Shown: positions 37,986 through 53,059, numbered from the stretch's first letter. The stretch: DNA of 64,000 nucleotides from Octopus vulgaris (GCA_951406725.2 OX597814.1:156550001-156614000); one strand, 5' to 3'. The notes: generated from the sequence alone by a model not told the origin. Numbers and translations are program-made.

Positions 37986-39137
37986 AAAATTATTGTAAGC
38001 ATTCTCACATCATCAAAGATTGCATTTTAGATTTACCTGTGTTGCATTCCTAGAAATAATATCAGCTGATTTTCTTTCAAGTCTTTAATTAAGCTAAAAG
38101 GACTAAAAAAATTTTTCTCTGGGATTATGAAAAAAAATCATTACAAGTGAGAAGTGGGAAAGTCCCAGCATTAATAAGCAAAATGTCTGTAAATTTAACC
38201 ACTGTGCATGTGTGTATGTGTGGGCAGTCAATGTGTGTGTATGTGTGTAAGGAAAACAATTCACAACCAAAAAGAAATTTTCAAAAACTACATTAACAGA
38301 CACTGCTATTCTAAATTCAACATCACCTGAAGGTTAAACAATACATTTACATTCTTTAACAAAGCAATCAGACTTCATTTGCTTCATATCTAATTAATTA
38401 AATGATTAATCAAAAACAAAGTTAATTGTGTGTTAATTGACAAGTTGTCATTCTACTGAAGACAAGTCTTAAAGGTAGTATAGGAAGAAATTTAGATACG
38501 AGATAATTTTTTTTTTTTTTTTTTGACTAAGAATAAAGGTCCTTTATTTCAAGAATGAGGAGGAATAGGAAGAACACTTTGATGCTCAAACATTTTCTAA
38601 AGGAGTATTGAGGTATAAATAATACAATGTGGTTTCAATCAGCAGTAAAAACTGAGTCAAAGTTTAGACTCTCCTGAAAGTGATTCTCTTGCTTTGAAGA
38701 CACTCACCAAATGTAAATATAATATAAAGACATACATGATTTTTAAAAGAAAATTTGATCTGTTTCTAAATAAACATTCAGATTGAAAATCATAAAACAA
38801 ATCAAGGTGTGTAGATACAGATTAGAACTCAGTTCCATAGGTACTGTCAGAGGTCTTATTTTTCTCCTAATTCTCCTATATAATCTTAAACTAAAATTAT
38901 CTCTACATAATGGTTTATCAATTCTAGGATTCATTTTGATTAACTTATGAAATAATAATATTAGATTATTCACTAATTGAAGTCATCTGATGTCTAAGGT
39001 AGAATAGTGATAAATCAGGTTTTACTTAATTACAAAATATTAATGCTAAAGCAACTAAAAAAATGAAATATCTCAGTCATTTCCATTTATGGGATCATCT
39101 ACAACCTACAGTTGGTCTACTATATATATATATATAA

Positions 39138-39389
39138 ATAGTTATCGCCAAGCTAACATGGCAGTCCAAGAAAATAGGACAAATGCTGCCGTTGATTAGC
39201 TCCAAGAGGACATCACCTCTAGCTAGCTATATGACACACAAACCTGTGTCCATTATAACCTTCAAACAGAGGAGGTCAGCAGCAGAAGGTTATAATGGAC
39301 ACAGGTGCATGTGTCACATAGCTAACTAGAGGCGATGGCTTCTTGGAGCTATTTTCCTAGACTGCCATGTTAGCTTGGCGATAACTATT
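39138..39389. mobile_element. Fold-back element in (TA)n
   Basis: ATAGTTATCGCCAAGCTAACATGGCAGTC..GTGTCCATTATAACCTTC versus GAAGGTTATAATGGACAC..GACTGCCATGTTAGCTTGGCGATAACTAT. Confidence 0.8.
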
Positions 39390-39428
39390 AATATCCAGTA
39401 CCGCTGGATATAGAGAGACTTAGAAATA

Positions 39429-39501
<73 letters not shown>

Positions 39502-39510
39502 ATATTATAT

Positions 39511-39550
<40 letters not shown>

Positions 39551-39609
39551 CATTCAGTATTCAATGGTCTGAAAAAAAGGCTACTCAGTACCATAGTGGT
39601 AATTAATGA

Positions 39610-39755
39610 TATATTTTATTTTAGTTGAGTCAGTTTCTTACTACTCTGAGTTTCACCTGTAGGTGTACAGGATTTTCAGGCCAGTTAAGATCTCGTAGAC
39701 CAACAGGTGAAACTCAAAGTAACAAGAAACTGGCTGAATGAAAGTAAAATATATA
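39610..39755. repeat. ~55-bp inverted repeat
   Basis: CAGTTTCTT..GAGTTTCACCTGT versus ACAGGTGAAACTC..AAGAAACTG. Confidence 0.75.
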
Positions 39756-40249
39756 TAAAGAAATTCACTTTAATCATCTGTTTTTCCACTTAATGCCATC
39801 GACTGTAAAATGAAAATCTTCATATTTTATTCATTAAGAAAAGATTAAATTCTGAGTTTTGTAATAGTTATGGACATTGATCTTCATTTGTAAATGAAGC
39901 CATAAATATTTAGTTAAAACCAAGATGGTTAAACAATTCACTTATCATTTATGGTATGAAATTTGTCTTTCTCTTCTGCATCTTTGAGGCTAGACTAGTC
40001 TTAGGGATAATTTTGCATTTTACATTGTATTTGAATTGATAATGTGATTAATATTACAAGATTAATATTACAAGATTAATATTAATTTTATCAACACTAG
40101 GAGCCAGTTATTGGTTGAATTCAAACTTAGAAGCAAGGGTGTTGAAAATACTGTAACCAACACACTTAATTTCACACCAATGTTTAAATTGTTTATACCA
40201 TACTTCATAATTTTATTACTGAAACTGCCCAAGAGAAATTTTGATATAT

Positions 40250-40478
40250 TTAACCCTTTAACATTCAAATTTCTCTATCAAATGTAATACATATTTATTC
40301 ACATTGTTTTGAATTAATCATGCATTACCTTGCTGTTCTGAGATTTTGATGATGTGATTGCTTACTTTTAGAATAACATTGTAGTGTAGGTGTAAGAGAC
40401 CAGAATCTAGAAAATTTGAACATAAAATGTGTAGAATATTTTGACCAGATATGGCCGGTTTAAATGCTAACGGTTTAA
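40250..40478. mobile_element. piggyBac-like non-autonomous element
   Basis: TTAA-CCCTTTAACATTCAAA and TTTAAATGCTAACGGT-TTAA. Confidence 0.7.
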
Positions 40479-42225
40479 AGAATAATATACTTTGATATAG
40501 TTAAAAGAAGAAATGCCTGGATTTTTATAAAACCTTAATTGCAGTCAATTTAATTTAATGTTTATACTTCTGTTATCAACTCCACCATGTTAGTAGAGTT
40601 GCAGAATAAAGTTGGTAGTTGCTATATTGGAAGGCGGAACTATTTACAGCTATGTATATTCAGTCTAACATTCTAAAGACTCAGTAAATAAATCTTAAAT
40701 CTAAATCTGCACACTAATATTTTCCATCCTAATTACAAAGAATTTGGCAACAATAAAGAAAAAGTTGAAATAGATGTAAACTATAACAATTTTTTAAATT
40801 GAAAGAAAAGAGAGAGATACAGAGTCACAGATAAACAGATAGAGAGTTTAAGAGAGACAAATATACAGACAAAGAGTTTAAGAGAAACAAATAGACAGAC
40901 AGAGAGAAAGAAAACATTTACAAGAGAGAGAGAGAGAGAGAGAGATTTTCAGATTGATAACTATAGTGATGATGATTTAGAGAAAGAAAAATGACTTTCA
41001 AATGAACACTGAGGAAATAAAAGAATAAACAGTTTGTTGAATGAAAAAAATATCTTACAAATTTGGTTTATGAATTTTTATTCCAAGAGGTTACACATTA
41101 ATAAGATCATTAATTCTTCCAATAAATATAATTCTAGTGAAACTGAAGCAAAACTAAAACATATCACAAAGGTGTTAAATGGGTTGTCTTTTATATCTGA
41201 CTATTTTTGTATGTATGTGTGTGTATGTGTAAAAGAGAGAGAGAGAGACAGAGAGAGACATGCAGATAGAATAAAGAGAAAAAGGTGAGTTTCCTTTTGT
41301 TATGTACACTAAGTTGTAGTTCCCACCATCAAAGGTCCATCTGATTGTCCTGGCATAGAATCAGCTACAATTTTTTTTTCTTCATTCACCTTAACAAGAT
41401 TCATAATCAACCCACAAAATTGGTTTCAGGCATCCAAAAATGGTCAAAGTTATAGAAAAAAATAGATGCCATTTACATTGCAGATAATAGCTGAAACAAT
41501 TTCAAAATATTGGATGCAAACACATAGCAGTGATGGAATTGATACAGATAATATTATCATGGTGTTAATGATAATAACAATGAGGATGATGATGTTGCTT
41601 TTGTCAAAGTATTGTCTTAATTTTAAATACCATTAATTACATCCTTTAATGAAACCATTACATTGATTGATTTTAAGCCAGGGTACAGAATGCATGTTCC
41701 AATAGCTTACTGGACTATGCTGTTACGGATAACATATCAGCTTCAATTATTTGTCAACAATCTTTTCAGTTTGCTTACCTATCTAGAAATTAATGAAAAA
41801 TTATACAAAGATGGAAATTTTGGATCTTTTAAAGCTTCCTGCATTAAGCGTGTTAACTTAACTATTATTCCCAATCAGCCAGCCAACTAGGAATATCAGC
41901 CAACACTCCCTTCAACTGCAGATCACAGGTTTTTCAGACAGAGATTTCATGTCATATCTTGTAGTTTACTTAAAATATTGTTAGTGAAATACAAGCAGCA
42001 GAGATGTGTGACAAAACATTCCACAATTCAGAATAGACATCTAAAAATAAATAAATAAATTTGTTGAATATTTTACAGTAAATGAAGCCCAGTCGAGAAA
42101 GGTGATGTTTTTAAATTAATTTTTTTTTTGTTTTTGCCTTTAAACATTTTTTATGATCTGAAAATTAGAGCTGATTTAGGACAAATTATTGAATAAATAT
42201 TTTTTCTCTTTAATTATAGCACTAT

Positions 42226-42257
<32 letters not shown>

Positions 42258-42819
42258 CAAGACAGATTAGAGAGAAAGCAAGAGATAGGTATAGTGATTG
42301 TGTGCATGTGTCTGTGTGTGAGAGATGCAAAGAATGAACATCAAATCTGAAGAACTCGTGGTTGTCCTTTTTAACACTACATTATTAAAGAATAATCGTT
42401 ACCAAAATACACAGATTATATAATACATATAGTTATCATAATGAGTGCTTTATGTATGATGTGTTTTATACATGACTATACAAACATATTGAAATACTAT
42501 ATATTAACTTCTGAACAGGAATTCATATAAATATGTATTACACGTTTGTTTGGTAGTTTTTTTTTATTTTACCTTTACTGCAAAATATAACAGTATGGAA
42601 CATTACAAGACAAAAAAAAAAAATAATGAAAGTAAAATTAACCAACGTTATTTAGAAATGTAATTAACATTAGTGTGTATACTATAGTTTAGTTCTCAAG
42701 AAATTTAACGACCGATTCTCAGATTCTTATAATATTCTAATACCATCTGACAATACACACAATTACATTCAAACACATTTATACAGAGATATGTGTGTGT
42801 GTGTGTGTGTGCGTATTGT

Positions 42820-43022
42820 TTATCTTCTACTTGCTTAAATCATTAGACTGCAGCCATGAGTTTAGCCAAACAGATTGACCCGTGTACTTATTTTAAAAGT
42901 CCTGGTTCTTATCCTGTTGGTCTCTTTTGCCAAAGTGCTACGTTACAAGGATGTAAACAAACCAACACCAGTTGTCAAGTGGCAGTAAGACAAACACACA
43001 GACACACATATGAATGCATTTT

Positions 43023-43063
<41 letters not shown>

Positions 43064-43200
43064 CAAGATTCCACTTGGTTTCCAGCTACCAAATTCTTTC
43101 ACAAAGCATTGTTTAACCTGGGGCTATAGTATAAGACACTTGCCTAAGGTGCTATACAATGGAACTGAACCTAAGCAAGCTTCTTAACCACTCATCCATA
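42820..43200 (-). mobile_element. tRNA-SINE family A, old copy
   Basis: Diverged family A blocks. Confidence 0.7.
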
Positions 43201-43659
43201 CTATACTATAAACACTATTTAACTACAACAACTCAAATACTAGGTATCTTTTTAACAATATTACATCAAGAAAATGAAATATCGAAAATATTTAACAATC
43301 TTTGATAAAAAATTTATGATGCCTACTTCAAAGTGAAATAACACTTTGTAATAATATCTAACAAGTTTAAACAAATATAGATATGTATATTACATTTTTA
43401 AAACAATCATATTTTCACATTTCATCACTGGCATTACTGTCATTGCCATCATCATTACTACAGCATGGACTGTCACTCTATAGCTTGATAAAATTTTATT
43501 TATTTTTATATAGTGTGTATCGAAGTTTTCGGAATAGGCACACTGTATGCTGGCATGTCATAAGAGGTAACTAAAAGGATTTCTAAGAGAAAAGGCTTTC
43601 TCAAAAAGTGCCAGCCAACCCATACCAGCATAGAAAAGGGAATCTAAAAATCACAATGG

Positions 43660-43701
<42 letters not shown>

Positions 43702-43784
43702 TACTGTTCCATGATAGAAAGATCAACAAAAAACGTACTCCATCTAGTGAGAGATAAATATTATTTATTTAAAAGAGATAATAA

Positions 43785-43839
43785 GTGCTACTAATAGTTT
43801 CATATGTTGAGAAATATCTTAAACATATTCATCAGGCAC
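43785..43839 (-). ncRNA. Type I hammerhead ribozyme motif
   Basis: GTGC-CTGATGA-ATATGTT(13 nt)AACATAT-GAAA-CT(ATT)AG-TA-GCAC; all three helices Watson-Crick, core intact, GUA triplet. Confidence 0.8.
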
Positions 43840-45368
43840 AAGCCACATATAATGAACTGATATATATATATATAATGTTAGTCATATTTGTGGCCAATTT
43901 TAAAGAACTACTTTACAGAACCCTTTATTTCTAATTCTCAGAAATTCCTATATTCACATTCTGCTTAATTCAAATAGAGCAGTAGTATCTGTTTTTTTTT
44001 TTTATTTGTAAACTATGTTCTGCTGTATTATCATTTCAGTCATGTCACAGTAATATGCTATTACGATTGACATTTTTCTACTCGTAACACATGTAGTACG
44101 TAGGTGGAGTATGACAAATGCAATGTAAGAAACAAAAAGAAATATTAAAATAATTTAATCATTTAGTGCTAACTCTTACTTGAAATCAAAATTAGAAAAT
44201 ATAAAAAAATCACATCACAATCGTTTTTGTCAAGAAAGTCTCTGCGTAACATTGATAACATTAATTTATTCAGATTTTCAAAATTGTTTCTAGGGTTCAC
44301 AAACAACAATCCCAGATTCCTAGTCTTAGTTGTTTAAATGAGTGGAGGAATGAAGGAAAGTTTGGTAAAGAAACAAAGTAATAATGATAGAGCATTTTTA
44401 GAAAAATTTTTTTTAAATATAACGATATTACATAGTCATTAGAACAGATACATAATTTGTAATACTCAAGTCTGTTTTCCAAAGACAATGTAATATTTCT
44501 AAATAAGAATTAAAATCATGTAGTTATTGTTGCTTAGTGTCAGGTCAGACTTGATTGACCAAACTATAACCAAGAGTGTGTCTGCTATGACCAACTATCT
44601 TTGTTTTCAGTGCATGTAGGACTACATTATTCACTGCGTCCTTTTCTTGATGTAGGTGGAATGATTAGATTTGAGAAAGATTTGACTGCTTTTTCTAGCA
44701 AACTAAGAAACCAAGAAAGGGCTCCCTTTGGTGGCTCATAAAACCAAGTAGTAACTATGACTGGCAGAACTTAAGACCAATTACAGTGTCCGTAGCAAAA
44801 GTCATGATATTAAGTCAATGTTTCAAACACGCCAAATGCAGTAGCAATAAAATCAGAAAATAACATATTCGTTCTTGATATTTTAGGTTTACTTTGCAAG
44901 GGAGGTAACTATCAACAAATAACGAAATCAGATATTTTATTTTTTGCTTTTTATCTTTTTTCTTTTTAGTAGATTTTATCGTTTATACACAGGAATACAT
45001 CAACACATCAACATATTAATAACATCGGCGCAAAGCCATACATTTAAGGAGAGAGAGAGAACATATACGGTCAATTGGCACTTTATTTTAATAGCCCCTT
45101 CCACTCCTCTGGAGAAGGGTGAAAGGCAAATGACCATGGCAGAAGTTGAACTCAGCATATAAATAGATGTTGCTAGCTAAAACTGTAAGGCATATTTTTG
45201 TCCAGCTCTCTACTAATTCTGCGATATACCGTCCTTCAACTATAACACAATATAAAACATCGAGAGTTTTATGAATGCCAAGATTTCAATAAGAAATAAC
45301 CACATAACAAAAACATATTTAAACTACTTCCTTAATGTGACTAAATCTAGTATGTACAGTTAGATAAC

Positions 45369-46176
45369 TACCGTAAATCCTCGAGTATAGTCCACCCTTG
45401 AGTATAATACGCTGAGGATTTTTAGGGGGCTGTACCTCTGAAAAACCTAATAATATGTGTATAATATGCACCCCTTCTCTAACTTGAGTCAAGGAGGTTT
45501 TTTTTCATGCTAAGAGTTGCTGAAGCATGGAACAAACTGCCGGCATCAGTTGTTAGTTGTCGGAGCACTGCATCCTTCAAAACTTCCAGGCTTCTTGAGA
45601 TTCGCCAACTCTACACCTGATTTTCTCCCCTCCATACACACGCAAGCATATATATAGCTCATAAACTGTTCACTTTCCAGACATTTGTACATTACTGCAT
45701 ATACTTTATGTGCACTTTTGACAAGTTGTGGTGCACCTGAGCATTGTATACAATAATTTCATTATTATATAACGTCCTTGGTTTGAAAAAAATGTATACA
45801 TTTATTATTATACATTATAAAAATGTATCCTTTATTATTATTGTATATATAATATAATGCAAACGTGTAGCTTTTTTTTGTGCATTTTGTTTGCAGAAAA
45901 TAAAGAAATAACAGTAATAACATTTAATAATTGTTGCTTACTGCAAGTTATGGATGATTCTTTTATGACTTCATCGCTTTCAGGCTTAGCTTAAGGTATT
46001 TTCGCGCCTGACATCACAAAATGCAAATGAATAAACATTGCTGGACAGCAAATAGAGACTCGGACATTGCTTAGAAAATAGTTTTTCATTTTTAACCTTG
46101 TATATAGTATGCACTAGGGATTTTGACCTTTAAATTTTGGGGAAAAAATGCGGATTATACTCAAGGACTTATGGCA
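45369..46176. mobile_element. pogo/Tc-mariner-like non-autonomous DNA transposon with a nested CR1 tail
   Basis: Left TA-CCGTAAATCCTCGAGTATAGTCC, right GGATTATACTCAAGGACTTATGG. Confidence 0.7.
45496..45768 (+). mobile_element. CR1 LINE 3' end, nested
   Basis: Same family as 16598-16973. Confidence 0.88.
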
Positions 46177-46559
46177 TTTAAACTACTCCCTTAATGTGGC
46201 TAAATCTAGTATGTACAGTTAGATGAATGACTACTTTTCTATGAGTCAGAGCTACACATTGATTATCATTATCCAGTCAGCTTCCAGTACAATGGAACAT
46301 TGTTATTAATTATGGTATACAGAGCATATGTAGTACAAAAACGAATATAAACACAATTATAAATGATGAGATCCTACATACTTTTAACCCTTGCAGTTAT
46401 TTGGATCTCAACACTGGATGTTCAAAGTGGGTTTGGATGCCTTACGAAGTGTTACCCTGATAACCCCCTGTGGTTAGGCATCCAAATGCACTTGGTACAT
46501 CCAATACCCAAGTTCCAAATAACTCTAATAGTGAAACATACATAGGAACTAATCATTTA

Positions 46560-46890
46560 GAATTTATCTTTTACGTGCTTGTCGTGAGACTGTGGCCAAG
46601 CTGGGGCACTGCCTTGAAGTATTTTGGTCAAGCAAATTGACCCCAGTATTTAATTTTTTAAACCTGGAACATATTCTATCCAAACCAGTTACAGGACAAA
46701 CACACACACATATGTAGATATATAAGACAGGCTTCTTTCAATTTCCATCTACCAAATCCACTCACAAGGCTTTGGCTGGCCTGAGGCTATAGTAGTAGAA
46801 GACACTTGCCTAAGGTGCCACACAGTGGGGCTGAACCTGGAACCATGTAGTTGGGAAGCAAATGTCTTACCACACAGCCACACCTGTGCA
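46560..46890 (-). mobile_element. tRNA-SINE family A, internally deleted
   Basis: Family A blocks. Confidence 0.8.
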
Positions 46891-49800
46891 TAGTGTTTAT
46901 ATTAATTTTCCACTACATATGCTCTGTATCTAAATCTATTTAGATAAAACTAATAAAACAGTCTAGCAGAACAAGGTCAATGCTGTTGTCTTGATTATTT
47001 GTATTTTTTGCTTTGTTTTTTCTTTTTTTTTTACGGTTTAGAAAGAAATAGAGAGGATTTGAGAAATATAAGAAAAACTTTGAATGAGATAAAAGAAAAA
47101 AAAGCATCACCAAAGATCTATATTATATATTAGATTGTTATACATTACACTATATTTTATCGGATTATTATACAGTATTATATTAGCTTACAGTTCTCCA
47201 ATGTGTGACTAAAGGAACTTAGTGAATTTATCACAGATTTCAACTTGTAAAATATTAATAAATAAGTTATAAATAACCTCAAAGAAATAATTATACTTTC
47301 TGACATAGACACAAAGCTTTAAATTTTTTTTTTTTTACTTTTCTTTTCTTTTTTACTTTTCTATCTTTCTTTTCTTTTGGTCTTTTGGAAAAGAAAACTG
47401 GGAAATTATAATGTTCATGTGTTTTTTTGTTTTTTTTTTTTGTTTTCTGAGAGTATTAGTGTTAGTGACATATGTGAAGAGAAAAATTTGTTCTGACAGT
47501 CAGATGGTATCAGATCTCAGCCTTGGGTTGGCTGAGGGAGGAGCTTACCTCTTGCTAAACAGCACTCACTGCTCTATGAAAAAAGCAGCAGCAGCAGTAG
47601 TAGTAGTAGTACTAGTAGTAGTAGTAGTAGTTGTGAGATCAAAGTTTCATTTTCATTTTTCTTTTGTTTTTTTTTTTTTGTTTTCTTTTTTCGAAAAATT
47701 ATGTTACAAAGTTATAATCTCTTTGTGTAAAATGTTAAAATATTGTCTAAATATATGGTGTTGCAAAATAACAAGAGAGAGAAAAATAAAAAAGAAAAAA
47801 CAACAAAAAAAAAATCATTTGATGGAAAATATTTCCTCGATTACCACCATCATCATTATCAATATCATTCAATAAAAATCAGTTTTTATTTATTTATTTA
47901 TTTTTTAATCTCTGCACATTGATACAAAGATGGTACGGCTTTCTATAGAAGAATCTATCCTTTCATCAAAATCAATGGCATTTCACATCAGCAGACTGAG
48001 TAAACTGACCACATCCGTAGTGATGATGATGATGATGATGGTATTAGTGGTGGTGGTGATGAAGATGATGATGATGACGACGATGATGATTATGGCTCAC
48101 AGAATGGAATTGTTTGACTTCCATATGAGTTAATGTTGTTTACATAGAAGTCAAGTTAGACAGACGCTTTATATACACAAGCTGAAGATTAGAACGTAGC
48201 AGAAATATATCATTTTGTAGATCGATATTTTACATGGAAGAAATATGTGTACTTGTACATGATAGTATGTATGTGTGTGTGTGTAAGACTATTGTAGTAT
48301 GTGTGAGCACTTGTGTGTGAGTGTTTGTATTTGGACAAGCTGCGGATTAATGTCTCATGCTCGATGCACACCAAGTGTTGTTATGTGTATTTGTGAGTCT
48401 AATCTTGAGACTACTTGTATCAGTATCTATCTACCTACCTACCTACATATATACATACATACATACATATATATGAACAAATATCCTTCATAACCCAGTT
48501 GTATATTATCAATGAGTTTCTCAGATATCAACAAGTCACTACGGCGTTCAATTGAACAAAATACTTTTGTAGATCATTGATCACACAACTTCATTTCAGG
48601 ACAAAATGTGCCACTTGAAGCCCGCTGCTACAGCTCAAAACACACAACATTGCAAAAATATATTTGCCACCAAAAAAAGCTTGTATCTAGATTCTAATTT
48701 TAGCTGGAGTTTGTTTTTATTTTATTTTTTTTTTATTTTAATTTATATACAGATGCTTCTATTGATATTTTAAAATAGATTGAGTTATATGTAAATAACT
48801 ATTTACAGAAAATACTGTTTTTATAAATCAAGAACTGATAAGATGATATCACTGTCAGCCTTTTAGGAAGAAAACATTTTCAGTTTGTGTCCAAACTTAT
48901 TATTATTATTATTATCATTATTAATTATTAATTATTATTATTATTTATAGATAGCTGCTCCATAAACAAATGTATATATGTTTTAAAACTATAAAGTAGA
49001 CCTATAGAACAACGTTATATGGGTTCAGTCAGGGTCAGCTTTAGGATGATTGGACAAATCAATGCCTATAAAGGCCTACACTTACTAGGTTTTATGAAAT
49101 GCACCTTTCAACGGATCATTCAACACAATTTCTCCTTCACTTCTATACAGTTTTGCATATGCAAAATTGGAATAAAATTTAGCATGGATCCTCTTGGTAG
49201 CTTTCATATTAACCTAGATTTCCAATCTAAGAACCTCAATTGGGTTAGTGCTCTAAAGAAGAGCCAGCAAAATATTTTCCAATTAGATCCTACAGTTCTT
49301 TGAGCTGCCTCTGGCTTTAGACATTTAAATATAATATATATATATATACATATATATAATCACAAAGCAGAGAAACATCTGATCTAAAAGTCATTACATC
49401 TTAAAACAATATTTTATATTATACGATTAATTATGTTATTAAGTCGCAGAAAGTCATCTTAAAAAAATGACATAGCATCAACAGCATTTTACCAAACATC
49501 TTTCATTTCATTTGCCTTGTTATTTGTGATTTTTTTCTTCTTTTTTTTGTTTTGTTTTGTTATCTTGCACAGCATGTGGTCATCATTGAAAGCAAGGCCA
49601 CAAGGGCCGACAATCAGCACTTGGTTGAAAAAAAAAAAGAAAATGAAATAAAATAGAAAGCAACATTTTTCTACCCTTCCACCCTTAAAAAAAAAGTGGG
49701 GACAGCAAGAGTAAAATTCTTACACCTCCTGAATAAATTAATCACTATAAAAACTAAAGAAACCGTTGCTTCTAGATCAAGCATGGGCAACCTTTATTCA

Positions 49801-52800
49801 AGAAGCTGGCTGCAAGGCTCATCATCAAGAAGACTGCACTGCTACAATATTTGCAGTAATTTTTCATTTAGGTATGCCATTCAGAGAGACAGGCAGGCCA
49901 AGGTTACATATGACTGTTCTAGATCGTGATACATTTGGTTAAGGTCAAGTTAATAAACATCAAGTCGAAGATAAAGCTTTCCAATCCAGTGACTGACTTA
50001 CAAGACATAACAACATATTTAACTTCACCAATGTTTGATATGTCTACATATATATATATAACAGAACAGAATATTTTATACTTCACTTCCAAGAAGTATT
50101 TGATGGTATACTCTCCAAAGAGCTAAAAACATGGGAGGCTAAAACAGGTATTCTTTCATATTCTGGAAAGCATGTCTTTTCTATGGGGGCAAAAAAATAA
50201 AAAAATAAAAAAGGAAATCAAAAAACAAAAAACAATTGTATAAAGGAACAATTGAAAGACAAATTTGGTTGTATATTCTTTTTAGTGTTGTTAATTTTCA
50301 ATCCTCACAAATCTGAATGGAAATGTTTTTAGTTTTCATTTTGTTTTGTTTTCTGTGAATGTGTGTGTTGTCAACATATTGTACATTCCAGTAAATATGT
50401 TAAATCAATGTTAGATGTGTGTGTGTGTACGTGTGTGTGTATGTGAGTGTTTGTGTATATGTACATGAAAAAAAGAATTATGAAATATGGATGAATAATT
50501 TCCAGTGTTATATATATTTCTTTGCTAAAAGATAAAAAGAAGTTTGTGAGAAGGAAAAGAAGAACCATTAGAATCCCCAACTAACTGCAATATTTCATTG
50601 CCAGGAATAATATTTTCATTTTCTCAAAGATCACTGATGATTTAAAAAAGAAAAAGAATTATGTAGAATTTCCATTTTGGTAAACAAACTTTTCAGAATA
50701 ATTTATAGAAAAGAAGAAAAAATAGCCTAAGAAGTTGTCTGGGATAGTTAAAATGACTAAAATATATTGCTTTAATCCCCATAATTATAAATATTAAGAC
50801 AATTATTTTTAGAGTTTTTCTGTAATTTTGTCAGAAATATTTGAATCAAAATAAAAATAACTCTTATTAATTAATGTGTTTCTGCAGATAGCATGGACAT
50901 TTATGTTTTAGAAATGAATAACTTTTGATAAGGCACAAGGCCAATATTTCTGTAGAGAAGCACTGTACAGTCAACTATTTCACTCAGTCTATCAGAATGT
51001 ATTTAGTTGACCTCACAGAAGTAGCTATCAAAAGTAAATTCAAAGTTGGCAGAATTTGAACCCAGAACTGAGAGTGACAAATATTAAATTAAACCATTCA
51101 CATTGATGTGAAACAATTTCCAAGAATTCCTAATACCCTTCTTTATTTTTAACTGAAATTTACCAAATCAAAATTTGATATGTATGTATTGTTTTTCTAC
51201 TTTGTTATTATTATCATTATTATATTTTTATCTGTTGAAGGAAATATGAAGAAAGAACAAGATATAATTCAAAGTAATTATGTAGTTAATAGCTAAATAC
51301 TAAATTAATAGATAAATAGAAAGAAGTATAAAAATAAAATTTAGCTAAATATTACCAAGAAAACACTTTTACTCTAAAAATTAATTCCATTTTTTTCTTC
51401 TTTTTTTTTGTTTTGTTATATATTTTTTTTTCAAATTGGTGAAATGAAGTTGAAAGTTATTTTACAATTGTTTTACTTCAAGAAAAAGTACTTCAAGAGA
51501 AAAAAGAGAAAAAAAAAAGAAAACAGAACATTGTGCAGAGATATATGTTTTACTTTGAATAAAGAGGAGATAGAACAGCCTAACTCTTCAGTTGAAAATT
51601 TTCTGCCAAACTTTATTACTCAACTATTTTAAACGTGTTTCAAGAACAATAATGCAATATCAACACTTTTGGATACAAAATTTCTGGGTTTTTTTCAATA
51701 AATAATGATAAAATCAGAATAAATAAGACAAACAGATATGACAATATGTAGTTATAACAACACAGAAATATGATGTAATTTCAATGATTAACATACAAGT
51801 GTGTAACAAATACTGATTTGAAGAAAATACTGTCACCTACAGAATATGGTTAATTATTAATTAAGAAATAATTAAGAAGACTAAAAACAGATTTTGATTA
51901 TAAATATGTTTCCTAAACCCAAACAGTGTTTTTTATGGGTTGGAAATTATCTCTAGTTTTATAGTATGAATCAGATGACACACAAATCAACGCCTGGTTA
52001 GGGCATTAGTCTATTGGAGGTCAAATTCTGGCCCATATTCCTAGCTGCTAGGAGAAATGGGGCATTATAAAGTAAGTGTTCTATCCAGAAACACAACATA
52101 ATGCCTGCTGTGGATTTTTCAGGTCACAACCGCCTACAAACAAGCAGTTGCAAAACCTTATCCTTATCCAACATGTAGGATAAAGCTTGGAATCTGAATG
52201 ATCTGGATCTGTGATGGCAACGATAAACCAAAAAAGAGAGTTCATTGAATTTTAAATAAATTCAGGTGCTGTTAGTATTTTGTCAGATGTTTCAGACTCT
52301 TGCTCTTCAGGAAAGAGTAGTAGAAGATATGAAAGGATAAGAACCCAAATTGTTAGTCTTTCCAATCCTCACAGCAAATGGATTTATCAGATATTCCACA
52401 AACTCTCCTATTCATAACAACATATAGACATTTTTATTCTATAAATAAACAATAGGGGTGAAAAAAAAATATATAAAAAAATAAAAATCAATTTTCTTTC
52501 ATGAATACTTAGTGCCATCAGACTGAAACAAATGCTAAACATGTCAAACATTTATGTGTTACCTATTTCACTCTACACTAGGATGATACAGGTTTTAAAG
52601 TAAGGATCTTTAACACCTAACACCCACCAATATGTGAAGAAGAAACATATAAAATACAAATTTGTTTAATAAGTGGGCATGAGAAGTTGTATTTTGAAAT
52701 GAGAACACTTAACCCAATGTTTCATGTTTGGGAAAAGTAACATATACGTACATACATATATCCATACATACATACATACATATACATCTGTACATCTATA

Positions 52801-53059
52801 CATACATACATTCAAACTGACTAGAATAAATATCATTTGTTGTCAATGGTGTTATTTCTTTGTTATTAATGTTTTCATTCTTTCTTTTTATTTTTTCCTT
52901 ATTGTTTTTTTTTCTTTCCATATACATATACACTCATACACTTTCCATAAAAAAATACATATATACACTCATACAATCACAAATAGTGAAAGAAGGTTGC
53001 TAACAAACATAAAAATTTTTTAATGTAATAACAGCATATATTGATGCGATGGCTACCCT

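Noticed and set aside
41308-41390. Short minus-strand open frame VNEEKKIVADSMPGQSDGPLMVGTTT*
   Set aside because: No convincing acceptor; too weak to call as an exon
52280-52315. CTGAAGA..GAAAC on the minus strand
   Set aside because: Helix II and helix I do not pair; likely chance
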